Assembly: GCA_030583725.1 (NCBI GenBank)
Contig: CP129472.1
Span: 593,902-657,901, forward strand
Length of the DNA stretch: 64,000 bases
Reading direction: 5' to 3'
DNA from: a bacterium
GTDB lineage: Bacteria > Patescibacteriota > Microgenomatia > UBA8517
A program made the translations under genes and the position numbers. The notes below the pieces were generated by a model. That model was given only the letters and a program-made list of their open reading frames with translations, was not told the DNA's origin and searched no databases. Positions 9,838-20,266 of the stretch are shown one piece after another. Numbering within the stretch: position 1 is the first letter of the stretch; the number at the start of each line of letters is the position of its first letter.

Positions 9838-10833
9838 ATGATTAATACAAAATTACAATTATCAGACAAGTTGTTTAAGAAAGATATTGAAGCCAAGTTC
9901 ATGAGAGATGGTTTCGGTCATGGTTTACTTGAAGCGGGAGAGAAGGATGAAAAGATTGTTGCATTAACGGCCGACTTAAAAGAGTCAACAAAAGTAAACT
10001 ATTTTGCAGATAAATTTCCAGATAGGTTTATAGAAGTTGGGGTTGCAGAGCAAAACTTGGTCACAATTGCCTCAGGTATGGCAAATTACGGCAAAATCCC
10101 ATTTGCAACAAGTTATGCCTGTTTTTCACCTGGTAGAAACTGGGAACAAATAAGGACAACCATTGCAATTGATGGTTACCCAGTAAAGATAATTGGGGCT
10201 CAATCGGGTTTGAATATTGGTCACTATGGTGTGACACATCAAGGTCTAGAAGATATTGCTCTAACAAGAGTTATTCCCAATATGAATGTTGTTGTTCCAA
10301 GTGACTATAATGAAGCCAAAAAGGCAACCTTAGAAATGGCAAAAATTGATGAACCTTTCTATATGAGACTTCCAAGAATTGAGAGCCCTGTTTATACAAC
10401 AGATAAAACACCATTTAAAATCGGAAAGGCAAATATTTTAACTGAAAGTAAAAATCCTGAATGCTTGATTGTTGCTTGCGGATTAATGGTATATGAAGCA
10501 CTGCTTGCCTACAAAGAATTAGAAAAAAATGGTATTGATACAATTGTTGTAAATCTTCATACAATTAAACCACTGGATGAAGAAGTAATTATAAAGTATG
10601 CAAAACTTACAAATGCAGTTGTAACAATTGAGGAGCATCAGGTACTGGGGGGAATGGGGTCTGCAGTATCAGAAGTATTGTCAAAAAGCTTTCCAGTACA
10701 AATGGAGATTTTAGGCGTACAAGATAGATTTGGCCAGTCTGGGAAACCAAAGGAATTGTTTAAGGAGTATGGCTTAACCAAGGAAGATATTGCAAAAGCA
10801 GTTAAAAAAGTAATTGCTAGAAAAAATGTTTGA
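9838..10833 (+). CDS. transketolase, C-terminal (pyrimidine-binding) subunit
   Basis: 331 aa with FIEVGVAEQNLV and IGAQSGLNIGHYG motifs. Completes the split tkt pair. Confidence 0.85.
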   Translation: MINTKLQLSDKLFKKDIEAKFMRDGFGHGLLEAGEKDEKIVALTADLKESTKVNYFADKFPDRFIEVGVAEQNLVTIASGMANYGKIPFATSYACFSPGRNWEQIRTTIAIDGYPVKIIGAQSGLNIGHYGVTHQGLEDIALTRVIPNMNVVVPSDYNEAKKATLEMAKIDEPFYMRLPRIESPVYTTDKTPFKIGKANILTESKNPECLIVACGLMVYEALLAYKELEKNGIDTIVVNLHTIKPLDEEVIIKYAKLTNAVVTIEEHQVLGGMGSAVSEVLSKSFPVQMEILGVQDRFGQSGKPKELFKEYGLTKEDIAKAVKKVIARKNV

Positions 10834-10881
10834 TGATTAACAAGGCTTGGTCATTTTATTTTTAAATGGTAGTCTTAATAT

Positions 10882-11862
10882 ATGAATGAAACAATTTCCA
10901 AACTATCACAACCCAATAAAGGTATTTTGGCTGCTGACGAATCTACTCCTTCTATAATAAAAAGATTTTTGAGTTTAGGTTTAACCTCAACCCCAGAACT
11001 AAATAAGGAATATAGAGAAATGCTGTTTTCTACCCAAGATATGGAAAAGTACGTTAGTGGAGTAATTTTATTCGATGAAACAATTAAACAAGGGTTAGTA
11101 GAAACCCTAAGAAACAAAGGTATTGAAGTTGGCATTAAAGTTGATGAAGGTTTAGAAAGCTTTAATGGTAGTGATGAAAAAATTACAAAAGGAATAAGTG
11201 GTCTTTCTGAAAGACTTGAGGATTACAAAAAGCTAGGAGCAACTTTCACTAAATGGAGAACAGTAATTATGATAACTGATATCTATCCAACGGAGGCATT
11301 TTTATCAGAGTCATTAAATAAGATGGCAGATTATGCGAAACTGGTCCAAGATAAGGGTATGATACCAATTATTGAACCAGAAGTTCTTTTAGATGGTAAT
11401 CATACTAATACTCGATGTGAAGAAATTTCTACAAAAGTATTAAAGAAACTTTTTGAAATTCTAAAATCCAAAAATGTAGATTTAGCATCCACAGTTCTAA
11501 AAGCAAGTATGGTTATGCCTGGCAAAGAAAGTGGAGTAGTGGTTATGCCTTTAGAGGTTTCAAATTCAACATTACGTACCTTTAGAAATTCTGTTCCAAA
11601 CGAAGTTCCATTAATAGTCTTTTTGTCAGGTGGTCAAACTCCAGATCAGGCGACATTTAATTTAAATGAAATAGTGAAACTCAACACAGATAAAAATTTC
11701 GGTAGTTGGGATTTATCTTTTTCATTTGGGAGGGCTTTACAAGAAGAAGCAATGAAAGAATGGTTGGGAAATATTAATAACGTTTCCAAAGCCCAAGAAG
11801 TATTTTTAGAAAGGCTTAAGAAAGTCTCAAAAGCAAGACAGGGGAAATTGTCATATGAATAA
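10882..11862 (+). CDS. fructose-bisphosphate aldolase, class I
   Basis: N-terminal KGILAADES hallmark of class I (Schiff-base) aldolases. Confidence 0.8.
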   Translation: MNETISKLSQPNKGILAADESTPSIIKRFLSLGLTSTPELNKEYREMLFSTQDMEKYVSGVILFDETIKQGLVETLRNKGIEVGIKVDEGLESFNGSDEKITKGISGLSERLEDYKKLGATFTKWRTVIMITDIYPTEAFLSESLNKMADYAKLVQDKGMIPIIEPEVLLDGNHTNTRCEEISTKVLKKLFEILKSKNVDLASTVLKASMVMPGKESGVVVMPLEVSNSTLRTFRNSVPNEVPLIVFLSGGQTPDQATFNLNEIVKLNTDKNFGSWDLSFSFGRALQEEAMKEWLGNINNVSKAQEVFLERLKKVSKARQGKLSYE

Positions 11863-12847
11863 CTTTGAATTACTATCTATAGGTGATGCTAATCTAGATG
11901 CTTTCATTGTTCCCTCAGAATCAGAGTCACTATGCGAAATTGATACAAAAAAATGTTTAATTGCTTTTTCATATGGTGACAAGATACCAGTTAAGAATTT
12001 GGAGTTTTCAGTTGGTGGAAATGCTGCAAATAATGCCGTTGGTACAAAAAGGTTGGGTGTAAATACAGCAGTGGTTTTAACACTTGGGGATGATAGTACG
12101 GGTTTACAAATAATAGAGAGATTAAAGCAGGAGCAAGTTGATCTAACTTATGTCATTCAACAACCTTCAACTCTATCTAATTTCAATGTAGTTGTAAGCT
12201 ACACAGGAGAAAGAACAATATTTACCTACCATTCTCCACGTTCATACGAGTTTCCTGTTCAACTGCCTAAAGCGCCTTGGGTTTATTTAACCTCAATGGG
12301 TGAGTCGTATAGACCTTTTTATAACCATATTTCTGAATGGCTTGTAAAAAATCCTGAAGTAAAGTTAGCTTTCAATCCTGGTAGTTGGCAACTTCGCGGT
12401 GGGGTGCAAGAGATTGGTAATATATTTAAACTTTCAAGTATCGTTTTTGTAAACAAACAAGAAGCCGAAAAACTTACAGGATATGAAGCAAAAGGTGGGG
12501 TGACCAAAGAACTCCTAATGTCTCTTTCTGGTTTGGGTCCTAAAATTTCAGTGATAACTGACGGTGGAAATGGTGCATATCTTTTTGACGGTAGTAAATT
12601 CATTCATTGTGGAATTATGCCAATGGACGCATATGAGAGAACTGGGGCGGGCGATGCATTTGGTTCAGGATTTTTGTCAGCAATTATTAAAAGAAAAACA
12701 GTTGAAGAGGCACTTATTTGGGGAACTGTCAATTCCGCATCAGTCATAGGCTACACTGGGGCTCAGAAAGGACTATTAAAAGAACAAGATTTAGACACTT
12801 GGGTTGAAAGGTTTAAGTCTTCAGGGGTTAAAGTCGAGGAGATGTAG
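11855..12847 (+). CDS. PfkB-family carbohydrate kinase (phosphofructokinase/ribokinase-like)
   Basis: C-terminal GAGDAF motif and an N-terminal GG pair. Overlaps fba within a glycolytic cluster. Confidence 0.75.
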   Translation: MNNFELLSIGDANLDAFIVPSESESLCEIDTKKCLIAFSYGDKIPVKNLEFSVGGNAANNAVGTKRLGVNTAVVLTLGDDSTGLQIIERLKQEQVDLTYVIQQPSTLSNFNVVVSYTGERTIFTYHSPRSYEFPVQLPKAPWVYLTSMGESYRPFYNHISEWLVKNPEVKLAFNPGSWQLRGGVQEIGNIFKLSSIVFVNKQEAEKLTGYEAKGGVTKELLMSLSGLGPKISVITDGGNGAYLFDGSKFIHCGIMPMDAYERTGAGDAFGSGFLSAIIKRKTVEEALIWGTVNSASVIGYTGAQKGLLKEQDLDTWVERFKSSGVKVEEM

Positions 12848-13046
12848 TTGGGCAAGGGGCAAATTCACATTTTGGTCCACTTCTTCCAACAGCAGATCCA
12901 TCAGGGCAAATTTTAGCTTCCATGGTACAAGCAACAGGTTTTGACCTCTGTGTTTGATATGCAAAAAATCCTGCAATTGAAATGGAAAGTAGCAATAAGA
13001 ATATAAGAATGGCAATTAAATAGGTGGGTGGTTTTTTATGTTCCAC
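12828..13046 (-). CDS. small Cys-rich membrane/secreted peptide
   Basis: 72 aa with one TM helix followed by four Cys (C-x5-C...C-x4-C). Confidence 0.3.
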   Translation of the reverse strand: MEHKKPPTYLIAILIFLLLLSISIAGFFAYQTQRSKPVACTMEAKICPDGSAVGRSGPKCEFAPCPTTSPRL

Positions 13047-13083
13047 TCTTTAAATATACTGCCATAAATGCTAGATTTAAAGT

Positions 13084-14070
13084 ATGAAGATTTTTGTTTC
13101 TAGAAATATTCCAACAACAAAACTTGAAGTTTTAAAAAACAGTAACCAAGAGGTAATAATTTCTGAGTTTAATAGGCCTCTAACTTCGGAGGAATTAATA
13201 AGTAAGGCCAAGGGATCAGATGCTGTTTTATCATTACTTACAGACAGAATTGATGGAGAGGTAATGGATGCAATTGGTCCACAGTTAAAAGTAGTTGGTA
13301 ACTACGCAGTTGGCTTTGACAATATTAATGTTAAAGATGCAACTGAAAGGGGAATAGTAGTTTGTAACACCCCTTGTAAAGAGGTTGATGAGGCCGTGGC
13401 AGAACACACTTGGGCACTTTTGACATCTCTTTTAAGAAGAATTGTTGAGGCAGATGAAGCCACTAAAAGGGGGGCTTATAAAGGTTGGGAACCTGATATT
13501 TTTTTAGGTACCACACTAAGGGATAAAACATTAGGAATAATAGGACTTGGAAATATTGGCAAGATGGTTGCCCAAAAAGCAGTGGGCCATAATATGAAGA
13601 TTATTTACAATAAAAGAAATAGAGATCCTGAGTGTGAGGAAAAGCTGGGTATAAAATATTGTGATATTGAGACACTTCTTTCGGAAAGTGACATTGTAAC
13701 TCTTCATGTTCCACTAACAGACGAAACAAGGCATATGATTAAAAGTGAGTCCCTATCTAAAATGAAAAAAGGATCATATTTAATTAACACAGCAAGAGGA
13801 TCGGTTGTTGATGAACACGATTTAGTAGAATCTTTAAGATCGGGACACTTGTCTGGTGCAGCCTTAGACGTGTTTGATAATGAGCCAAACATTGACCCAG
13901 AGCTTATAGGTATGGAGAACGTTATACTAACCCCCCACATTGCATCAGCAACATATGAGGCAAGAGAAAAAATGGGTGAATTAGCAGTAAGTGGAATTTT
14001 AAAAGTTTTAGATAACGAACTTCCTGATAATATTGTAAACAGTGATGTTTGGCCAAATCGCCGGAAATAA
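13084..14070 (+). CDS. D-isomer-specific 2-hydroxyacid dehydrogenase (glycerate/phosphoglycerate dehydrogenase-like)
   Basis: GLGNIGKMVAQKA NAD-binding motif and a catalytic His near PHIAS. Confidence 0.8.
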   Translation: MKIFVSRNIPTTKLEVLKNSNQEVIISEFNRPLTSEELISKAKGSDAVLSLLTDRIDGEVMDAIGPQLKVVGNYAVGFDNINVKDATERGIVVCNTPCKEVDEAVAEHTWALLTSLLRRIVEADEATKRGAYKGWEPDIFLGTTLRDKTLGIIGLGNIGKMVAQKAVGHNMKIIYNKRNRDPECEEKLGIKYCDIETLLSESDIVTLHVPLTDETRHMIKSESLSKMKKGSYLINTARGSVVDEHDLVESLRSGHLSGAALDVFDNEPNIDPELIGMENVILTPHIASATYEAREKMGELAVSGILKVLDNELPDNIVNSDVWPNRRK

Positions 14071-15040
14071 AATGGGACTATTCAAGAAAGATGAGGAATA
14101 CATCGAGGAAGTAGAGGAACTAAATTTTCCAAAAAGAAAATTCAAAGACTTAAAGCCTGAGCATGCCAAAAAACGCAAGGAACCAGTAAAACCTTGGGGC
14201 AAATTTGAAAGATTATTCATTCTGGTTATTCTAATTTTAACTGTTGCCACTTCTGGGTTTTTGGCTTTGTCGGCAAGAAATTATAAATTACCAAAACTTC
14301 CGATTTTAAAATTACCAAACCTATCTGAACTAAATCCCTTTAAGGAGCAGGTAATAGTTGTTGGGAATAAAGGGAGCCAGGTCTCACAAAAGAAAATTGA
14401 TAATACCAAGCGCTTGTTTAAAGAGGCTACGAATAGTTACTCTGGGATCTATGCATTTTATATCTATGACTTAAAAGGGGATTACTACTACGGTTTAAAT
14501 TACCAACAAAAAATGCAGGCCGCCTCATTAATTAAATTACCAGTGATGTATCTCGCAATGAAAAATAATGAGGATAAAAGCTTGGTTGAAGCTATGGGCA
14601 AGAGGTCAGATAACTTTGCCTTTAATACCATAGTTGAGAGTTTGGGCAAAGAGGTTGTAAACAATACCATCTACGATCTTGGAATGCCAAACACTTCCTT
14701 AAGTGAAAATACTACAACACCAGAGGAAGTGGGACTATTTTTCAAGAAGTTATACAAACACGAACTTTTAGACTATGACAATTCACAAAAATTAATAGGT
14801 TATATGACCAATACTATCTTTGAAGATTGGTTAAGAGCTGGAATTCCAAGTGAATACAAGTTAGCACATAAATATGGTAGAGAGGCGAGGTCTGTAAGTG
14901 ATGCGGGGATTGTGTTTTCTGAAAAGCCTTTTGTATTGGTAATTATGACAGATGGTGTGATTGAAAGAGAAGCAGATGAACTATTTCCAAAACTTACTAA
15001 GTTACTATATACTGAACATACAAATGAGGACAGCAATTGA
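14042..15040 (+). CDS. class A beta-lactamase-like serine hydrolase / PBP-like protein, membrane anchored
   Basis: SxxK (ASLIK), SDN (RSDNF) and a KTG-like (HKYG) motif, with an N-terminal TM helix. The start likely lies downstream of 14042. Confidence 0.6.
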   Translation: MMFGQIAGNKMGLFKKDEEYIEEVEELNFPKRKFKDLKPEHAKKRKEPVKPWGKFERLFILVILILTVATSGFLALSARNYKLPKLPILKLPNLSELNPFKEQVIVVGNKGSQVSQKKIDNTKRLFKEATNSYSGIYAFYIYDLKGDYYYGLNYQQKMQAASLIKLPVMYLAMKNNEDKSLVEAMGKRSDNFAFNTIVESLGKEVVNNTIYDLGMPNTSLSENTTTPEEVGLFFKKLYKHELLDYDNSQKLIGYMTNTIFEDWLRAGIPSEYKLAHKYGREARSVSDAGIVFSEKPFVLVIMTDGVIEREADELFPKLTKLLYTEHTNEDSN

Positions 15041-15707
15041 ATACATAAAAGAGGCGTTAAAGATTTATTTTAAGAAAGAGAATATGGCCTTTTTCATTAA
15101 AGTCATGTCTATCCCCGTTATATTTTCGACTTTAGCCACATTCTTATATGAATATTATTATCCTACCGAAAATTATCAGGAATTTGATATGTCAGGTGGA
15201 TTAACTATCTTTCTGGTTTTAACAGTAGTATCAGCACTACTTAGTTTTTGGATGCAAGCATCTGCATATTTTTCAATTTTAGAAATCAATAAAAATGAAT
15301 TTGAGGTTGTCAAAAAGTCACTAAGAATGTTACCTACTTTTGTAGGAGTCAGTTTAGTTTTAGGTTTAATTATTCTTTCAGGCTTATTGCTACTTATAAT
15401 ACCTGCAATTATTTTTGGGCTTTGGTATTCATTTACATTGTTTTTAGTTTTTGATAAAAGTATGAGCTTAAGAGAGGCACTGAAAGCTAGTAAGTTGATG
15501 GTCAAGGGTAGGATGATGAAAGTGTTTGGAAGATTTATAGTTTTTGGACTATTCAGTATTGTTGTCACAATGTTTGTAACAATTATCCCAGTTGCTGGAA
15601 GTCTAGTTATGGGTTTACTATCCCCACTATTTCTCTTGTCTTCCTACTTGCTTTACAAAGATTTGCTTTTGATTAATAACGACACGAGTGAAGTTGTGGC
15701 TAGTTAA
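15024..15707 (+). CDS. polytopic membrane protein, unknown function
   Basis: Multiple TM helices. The start is uncertain; the track ORF begins at 14961, overlapping the previous gene. Confidence 0.4.
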   Translation: MRTAIEYIKEALKIYFKKENMAFFIKVMSIPVIFSTLATFLYEYYYPTENYQEFDMSGGLTIFLVLTVVSALLSFWMQASAYFSILEINKNEFEVVKKSLRMLPTFVGVSLVLGLIILSGLLLLIIPAIIFGLWYSFTLFLVFDKSMSLREALKASKLMVKGRMMKVFGRFIVFGLFSIVVTMFVTIIPVAGSLVMGLLSPLFLLSSYLLYKDLLLINNDTSEVVAS

Positions 15708-17910
15708 TATTCGGACCCTCTGTCATTCCCGCTGGATCTACTATTTTTGGACAGTTCATCTGATTTTCTTCTAAATACCATTCAAACCTACCGTAACATT
15801 CTTTTTGGATTAAGCCATTAGGGATAGCCCACTCAACAGCCTCCTTACCCATTAAAAGAGAGGTCATTATTCTATTCCAAATTGGGGCTGCCCCTGTTAT
15901 ACCTGATGCTATTCTACTCATAGATGAACTATCGTTATTACCAACCCAAACTGCTGTCAAATAATCTTGGTTAAACCCGATTGTTAAGTTATCTTTTAGG
16001 TCATTACTTGTTCCTGTTTTTACTGCAACTTCTGGGTGGTTTGGAATAACAAGTTTGGAGTTTGTTCCAAAAGCTGGAGATCTTGATACGTTGTCTTTTA
16101 AAATATCAATCAAAAGATAGGCTACTCTCGAGTCAATTATTAGTTTATTCTTACTTTTACTTTGTTCATCACGTTTATATATGGTTTTATCTTTATAATT
16201 TACTATTTCCGATATATATATCAGGTCATTTTTAACTCCACCGTTTGCAATTACTGAATATGCTTGGGCAACATCTAAAAGTTTGGTTTCTCCACCACCC
16301 AGCGTTAATGATAGCCCAAAACGTGACCTATCTAACCAAGTGGTTATGCCCATTTTCTCACCCAAGTCAATAATTTTTGTTACCCCTAATGACGCCAAAA
16401 TCTTAACAGCAGGTATGTTTCTTGACTGCGCTAAGGCTTGTCTGATGGTAATTTTCCCTTTATATAGGTCATCATAGTTTTTAGGGGAATAGTCTTTTTG
16501 TCCAGGAACTTTAAAAGTAATTGCCGAGTCATCTATAATAGTTGAAAGTGTAAAGCCACTACTTAACGCAAGTGTATAGGTTACAACCTTAATTGATGAC
16601 CCAGGTTGTCTTAATCTTGTGGTGACATTTACATTGCCATCGTTTTCTGTGTCAAAATAGTTTTTACTTCCCACCATAGCCAGAATTTCTCCGTTATGGG
16701 GGCTTAAGACCACAGCCGCACCATTATTGACGTTCAACCTTTCAATCTTTGAAACCTCGTCTCTTACTGCTTCCTCTGCGATTTTTTGGATATCGTAGTC
16801 AAGTGTCGTGGTAACAGTTAGGCCCCCAGTGGTAACTACCTCTTCTCCATATTCTTCAATAAGTTTTTCGCGAACGTACATCACAAAATGGGGAGCTTTA
16901 ATGTCTTGTTTATTGGGTGCAAATGTAATTCGTTGCTCAAGTGCTTCAGACTCTTGGTCCTCGCTAATAAACTTATTAATCTTCATTAAATACAGGACTT
17001 CCCTTTGTCTAGAAAATGTTAGGTCAGGATTGTTGCCAAAAGGGGAATATCTTGTGGGACTCTGGGGAAGACCTGCAAGAAGTGCACTTTCAGCTAGCGT
17101 CAAGTCTTTAACGTCCTTATTAAAATAATGTTTCGAGGCTTCTTGTATGCCATAGACAGTACCACCATAACTTACTTCATTTAAATACATTTCTAAAATT
17201 TGATCTTTCGAGTAATTAAATTCGACCATAACTGAGAGTATTAACTCTCTAACTTTTCTAATATATGTTTTCTCTGAAGATAACAGGGCATTTTTGACTA
17301 ACTGTTGAGTAATGGTTGACCCGCCCTGAAGTTTACCTTCAGAAATATTTTTAACAAGAGCTCTAAACATTCCTCTGAGCGAAAATCCTTTGTGATAATA
17401 GAATTCTGCATCTTCCGCGGCTATCGTAGAAAGAATAACGCTTTGGGGAATTTCTTCTAATTTAACAGGAGTTCTGTTTTTATCTTTATAAATCGTGTAT
17501 AAAAGAACTCCATTTCTATCGTATATTTTAGTAGAGACTTCAATTTTTCTTGACATTAGCTCTTTGTAAGAGGGCAGATCTTTAAAAATAGTAAGGTAAG
17601 TAATAAAGGTAATTACAGTAATACCCAAAACAATAAACAAATACCTTTTTTTAAAAGAAATTTTAAACCTTGGAAAAGTATAGTTTTTTAAAAAATTGTA
17701 TTTAATTTTAGGTAAAGCAAAACTTCTAATTTTGGGAAACTTTGGAAGTTTTATTCTTCTAATAGAACTACCAACAAAATAAAAAACAAAAATAACTGCT
17801 ATAAAAATATGAGAAAAGATAAAATAGAAAGGTTTCCCAATAGCAGTTAAGATAAAAGCTATTAGCGAAAGGGCAGTGGTGGTTTTTTTCTTTTTTCCAG
17901 CCACAGGCAA
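15700..17910 (-). CDS. class A penicillin-binding protein (PBP1A, transglycosylase/transpeptidase)
   Basis: GT51 motif EDAEFYYHKGFS and STITQQL. Transpeptidase SxxK, SxN and KTG motifs lie downstream. Confidence 0.85.
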   Translation of the reverse strand: MPVAGKKKKTTTALSLIAFILTAIGKPFYFIFSHIFIAVIFVFYFVGSSIRRIKLPKFPKIRSFALPKIKYNFLKNYTFPRFKISFKKRYLFIVLGITVITFITYLTIFKDLPSYKELMSRKIEVSTKIYDRNGVLLYTIYKDKNRTPVKLEEIPQSVILSTIAAEDAEFYYHKGFSLRGMFRALVKNISEGKLQGGSTITQQLVKNALLSSEKTYIRKVRELILSVMVEFNYSKDQILEMYLNEVSYGGTVYGIQEASKHYFNKDVKDLTLAESALLAGLPQSPTRYSPFGNNPDLTFSRQREVLYLMKINKFISEDQESEALEQRITFAPNKQDIKAPHFVMYVREKLIEEYGEEVVTTGGLTVTTTLDYDIQKIAEEAVRDEVSKIERLNVNNGAAVVLSPHNGEILAMVGSKNYFDTENDGNVNVTTRLRQPGSSIKVVTYTLALSSGFTLSTIIDDSAITFKVPGQKDYSPKNYDDLYKGKITIRQALAQSRNIPAVKILASLGVTKIIDLGEKMGITTWLDRSRFGLSLTLGGGETKLLDVAQAYSVIANGGVKNDLIYISEIVNYKDKTIYKRDEQSKSKNKLIIDSRVAYLLIDILKDNVSRSPAFGTNSKLVIPNHPEVAVKTGTSNDLKDNLTIGFNQDYLTAVWVGNNDSSSMSRIASGITGAAPIWNRIMTSLLMGKEAVEWAIPNGLIQKECYGRFEWYLEENQMNCPKIVDPAGMTEGPNIN

Positions 17911-17924
17911 TTGTACCAGTTTTG

Positions 17925-20240
17925 TTAGTTACTTTTAAGTGGGTATCTAATAGTTGCAGAAGAACTGGAAATGGGGCACTCAAGACAGTAGATTGCTCCT
18001 GTTGGGTCTGTGTAAACTGTTTTTGACTGCATCTCTATTTGCTCAGGAAGAGCATCAGAGTTTGCAACTTGACCAGTATCTCTAAATACCCACAAATCTT
18101 GGTGGGTTACGTTTACTGTTGTGGGGATGGTCCCTGCCAAAAAATACTCAAATCTGGATGGACAGCCTGGATTATTTGGGTCACCTGACAATATGGCTCC
18201 ACCAGTATCAGAACAGATTGTTCCTCCGACGACTTCCTCTGGTTGTAATGGCCATGAGTGACCATCACTATCAGAGTCATATGCACCCTTCTCACTTTTA
18301 TCAAGGGCAAATTTTATTACACGGTTCCATATTGGTGATGCTCCAGTAACTCCAGAAACAGCACCACCCATTGGAGTGTTGTCATTATTACCTACCCACA
18401 CAACCACAACTATTTGTTTTGTGTATCCAATTGTCCAATTATCTCTTCTGTCATTTGTTGTACCTGTTTTTACAGAAACTTCTGGATGACCCCTGACATT
18501 TAAAAAACTAGATGGGCCAAAAGCCTCTTGTCTGGCGTTGTTGTCATGCAGGGCGTGCGAAATTAAAAATGAAGTTCCTGTATCTAATACTTTTTCACCT
18601 GATAATTTTTTGTTACCAATGTTAACCTCTTCTAAAATTTTGCCTTTCCAGTCTTCAATTTTGGTAATTGCTAGTAATGGTTCTTTGACCCCTCCATTTG
18701 CAAAAACACCAAAAGCTACGGCCATATCAATAGGCTTAACTTCTCCTCCTCCTAGTGTCAGCGATAGCCCGTATCTGTCTGGATCTTCAAAAGTAGTGAG
18801 ACCAAGAGAATTTGCAAATTCTACAAACTGTTTTACACCATTTACAGCCAATATTTTAACAGCAGGAATATTTAAAGAGTTTCCCAAGGCAAACCTTGTT
18901 TGAACAAGACCTTTAAAGGTTCCATCATAGTTTTTAGGGCAGTAAAGTGATTGTCCAGCAACTGCAAAACAAGATGGTGTGTCAGCAAAAGTTGTTGCTA
19001 GTGTTATTTTTTTGCGCGAGATTGCCAGAGCGTAGTTAAGGGGTTTAATTGACGAACCAGGTTGACGATTGGCCAATGTAACGTTGACTTTACCGTCCTC
19101 GTCTTCGGCAAAATAGTCTTTACTTCCTACCATCGCAAGTATTTCTCCAGTCGATGGGTGGGTAACGATTGCAGCTCCATTTCCCACCTTCTGGTTTTTA
19201 AGTTTTGCGACTTCTGTGGCAACCGCCATTTGAGCAAATTCCTGAAGTTCTAAATCTAAAGTGGTGGTAACTCTAAGTCCACCTTGTTCAACCATTCTTT
19301 CACCATACTTTTCAACCAGTTGTTCTTTCACCCAAAGGGCAAAATGGGGAGCTTTGGGAGCTTCAATTTTTGTGTACTTTAATTCTTCTTCAAAGGCCTT
19401 GTCAGCTTCTTCTTGGGTAATGTGTTCATTTATAACCATTTGATCAAGCACTTGTTTTTGTCGTTCTTTGGCAAGTTCAGGTCTTGCTCCAAAAGGTGAA
19501 TATCTTGTAGGGCTTTGAGGCAAACCTGCAAGTAAAGCAGATTCTGCAAGGCTTAAATCTTTGGCTGGTTTTTTAAAATATAGTTCACTTGCTGACTCAA
19601 TTCCATAGGCGGTCGATCCATATGGAATTTGGTTTAAATACATTTCAAGTATTTGGTTTTTTGAATATATTCCCTCAACCACCATTGTCAAGAAAAACTC
19701 CCTTGCCTTTCTCCGAATAGTTCTTTCAGGAGAGAGTAGTGCGTTTTTAACAAGTTGTTGGGTTAGTGTTGATCCTCCTTCAAGTTTTCCTCTGGTTACA
19801 ATTTTCCAAGCAGCCCTAGCAATTCCAGTAAAAGAAAAACCGTAATGTTTGTAAAAATCTTTGTCTTCAATTGCAATGGTTGCATTCTTAATATTGTCAG
19901 GTAGGGACTCGAGCTCAATAGGGCTTCTTCTGGTATCTGCATATATTTCATAAATTATATTGCCGTTTCTATCAAATAGTTTGGTTGAGACAGGAATGTC
20001 TGGTGATGTTAGTTTAGTAGGAAGGGGTATTCCCCAAAAAAGCCACAAAGAAAAAGAAATTAGAACGGTAAAAAAAATAACTCTTTTTCTATTATATTTA
20101 CTAGATAGGTGTTTTTTGATTTTTGAGAAAAAATGTCGCATACTTGATTTTAATGGATATTGGTTTAGAAAACAAAGTTTGGTGGACATATATAGAAAAA
20201 GACCTTCAGGAATTGTTGGTTGCTTCTGAGTTTTTGGCAA
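17925..20240 (-). CDS. class A penicillin-binding protein (second PBP1A paralog)
   Basis: IEDKDFYKHYGFS, GGSTLTQQL and KTGT motifs. Arranged in tandem with the previous PBP. Confidence 0.85.
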   Translation of the reverse strand: MPKTQKQPTIPEGLFLYMSTKLCFLNQYPLKSSMRHFFSKIKKHLSSKYNRKRVIFFTVLISFSLWLFWGIPLPTKLTSPDIPVSTKLFDRNGNIIYEIYADTRRSPIELESLPDNIKNATIAIEDKDFYKHYGFSFTGIARAAWKIVTRGKLEGGSTLTQQLVKNALLSPERTIRRKAREFFLTMVVEGIYSKNQILEMYLNQIPYGSTAYGIESASELYFKKPAKDLSLAESALLAGLPQSPTRYSPFGARPELAKERQKQVLDQMVINEHITQEEADKAFEEELKYTKIEAPKAPHFALWVKEQLVEKYGERMVEQGGLRVTTTLDLELQEFAQMAVATEVAKLKNQKVGNGAAIVTHPSTGEILAMVGSKDYFAEDEDGKVNVTLANRQPGSSIKPLNYALAISRKKITLATTFADTPSCFAVAGQSLYCPKNYDGTFKGLVQTRFALGNSLNIPAVKILAVNGVKQFVEFANSLGLTTFEDPDRYGLSLTLGGGEVKPIDMAVAFGVFANGGVKEPLLAITKIEDWKGKILEEVNIGNKKLSGEKVLDTGTSFLISHALHDNNARQEAFGPSSFLNVRGHPEVSVKTGTTNDRRDNWTIGYTKQIVVVVWVGNNDNTPMGGAVSGVTGASPIWNRVIKFALDKSEKGAYDSDSDGHSWPLQPEEVVGGTICSDTGGAILSGDPNNPGCPSRFEYFLAGTIPTTVNVTHQDLWVFRDTGQVANSDALPEQIEMQSKTVYTDPTGAIYCLECPISSSSATIRYPLKSN

Positions 20241-20266
20241 ATGTAGTGAGGAGTTGGGGAGGAGAT

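Noticed and set aside
20123-20266. Upstream extension of the HEPN-like ORF to 20123
   Set aside because: It would overlap the PBP start on the opposite strand. The internal start at 20267 has a GGAGG RBS.
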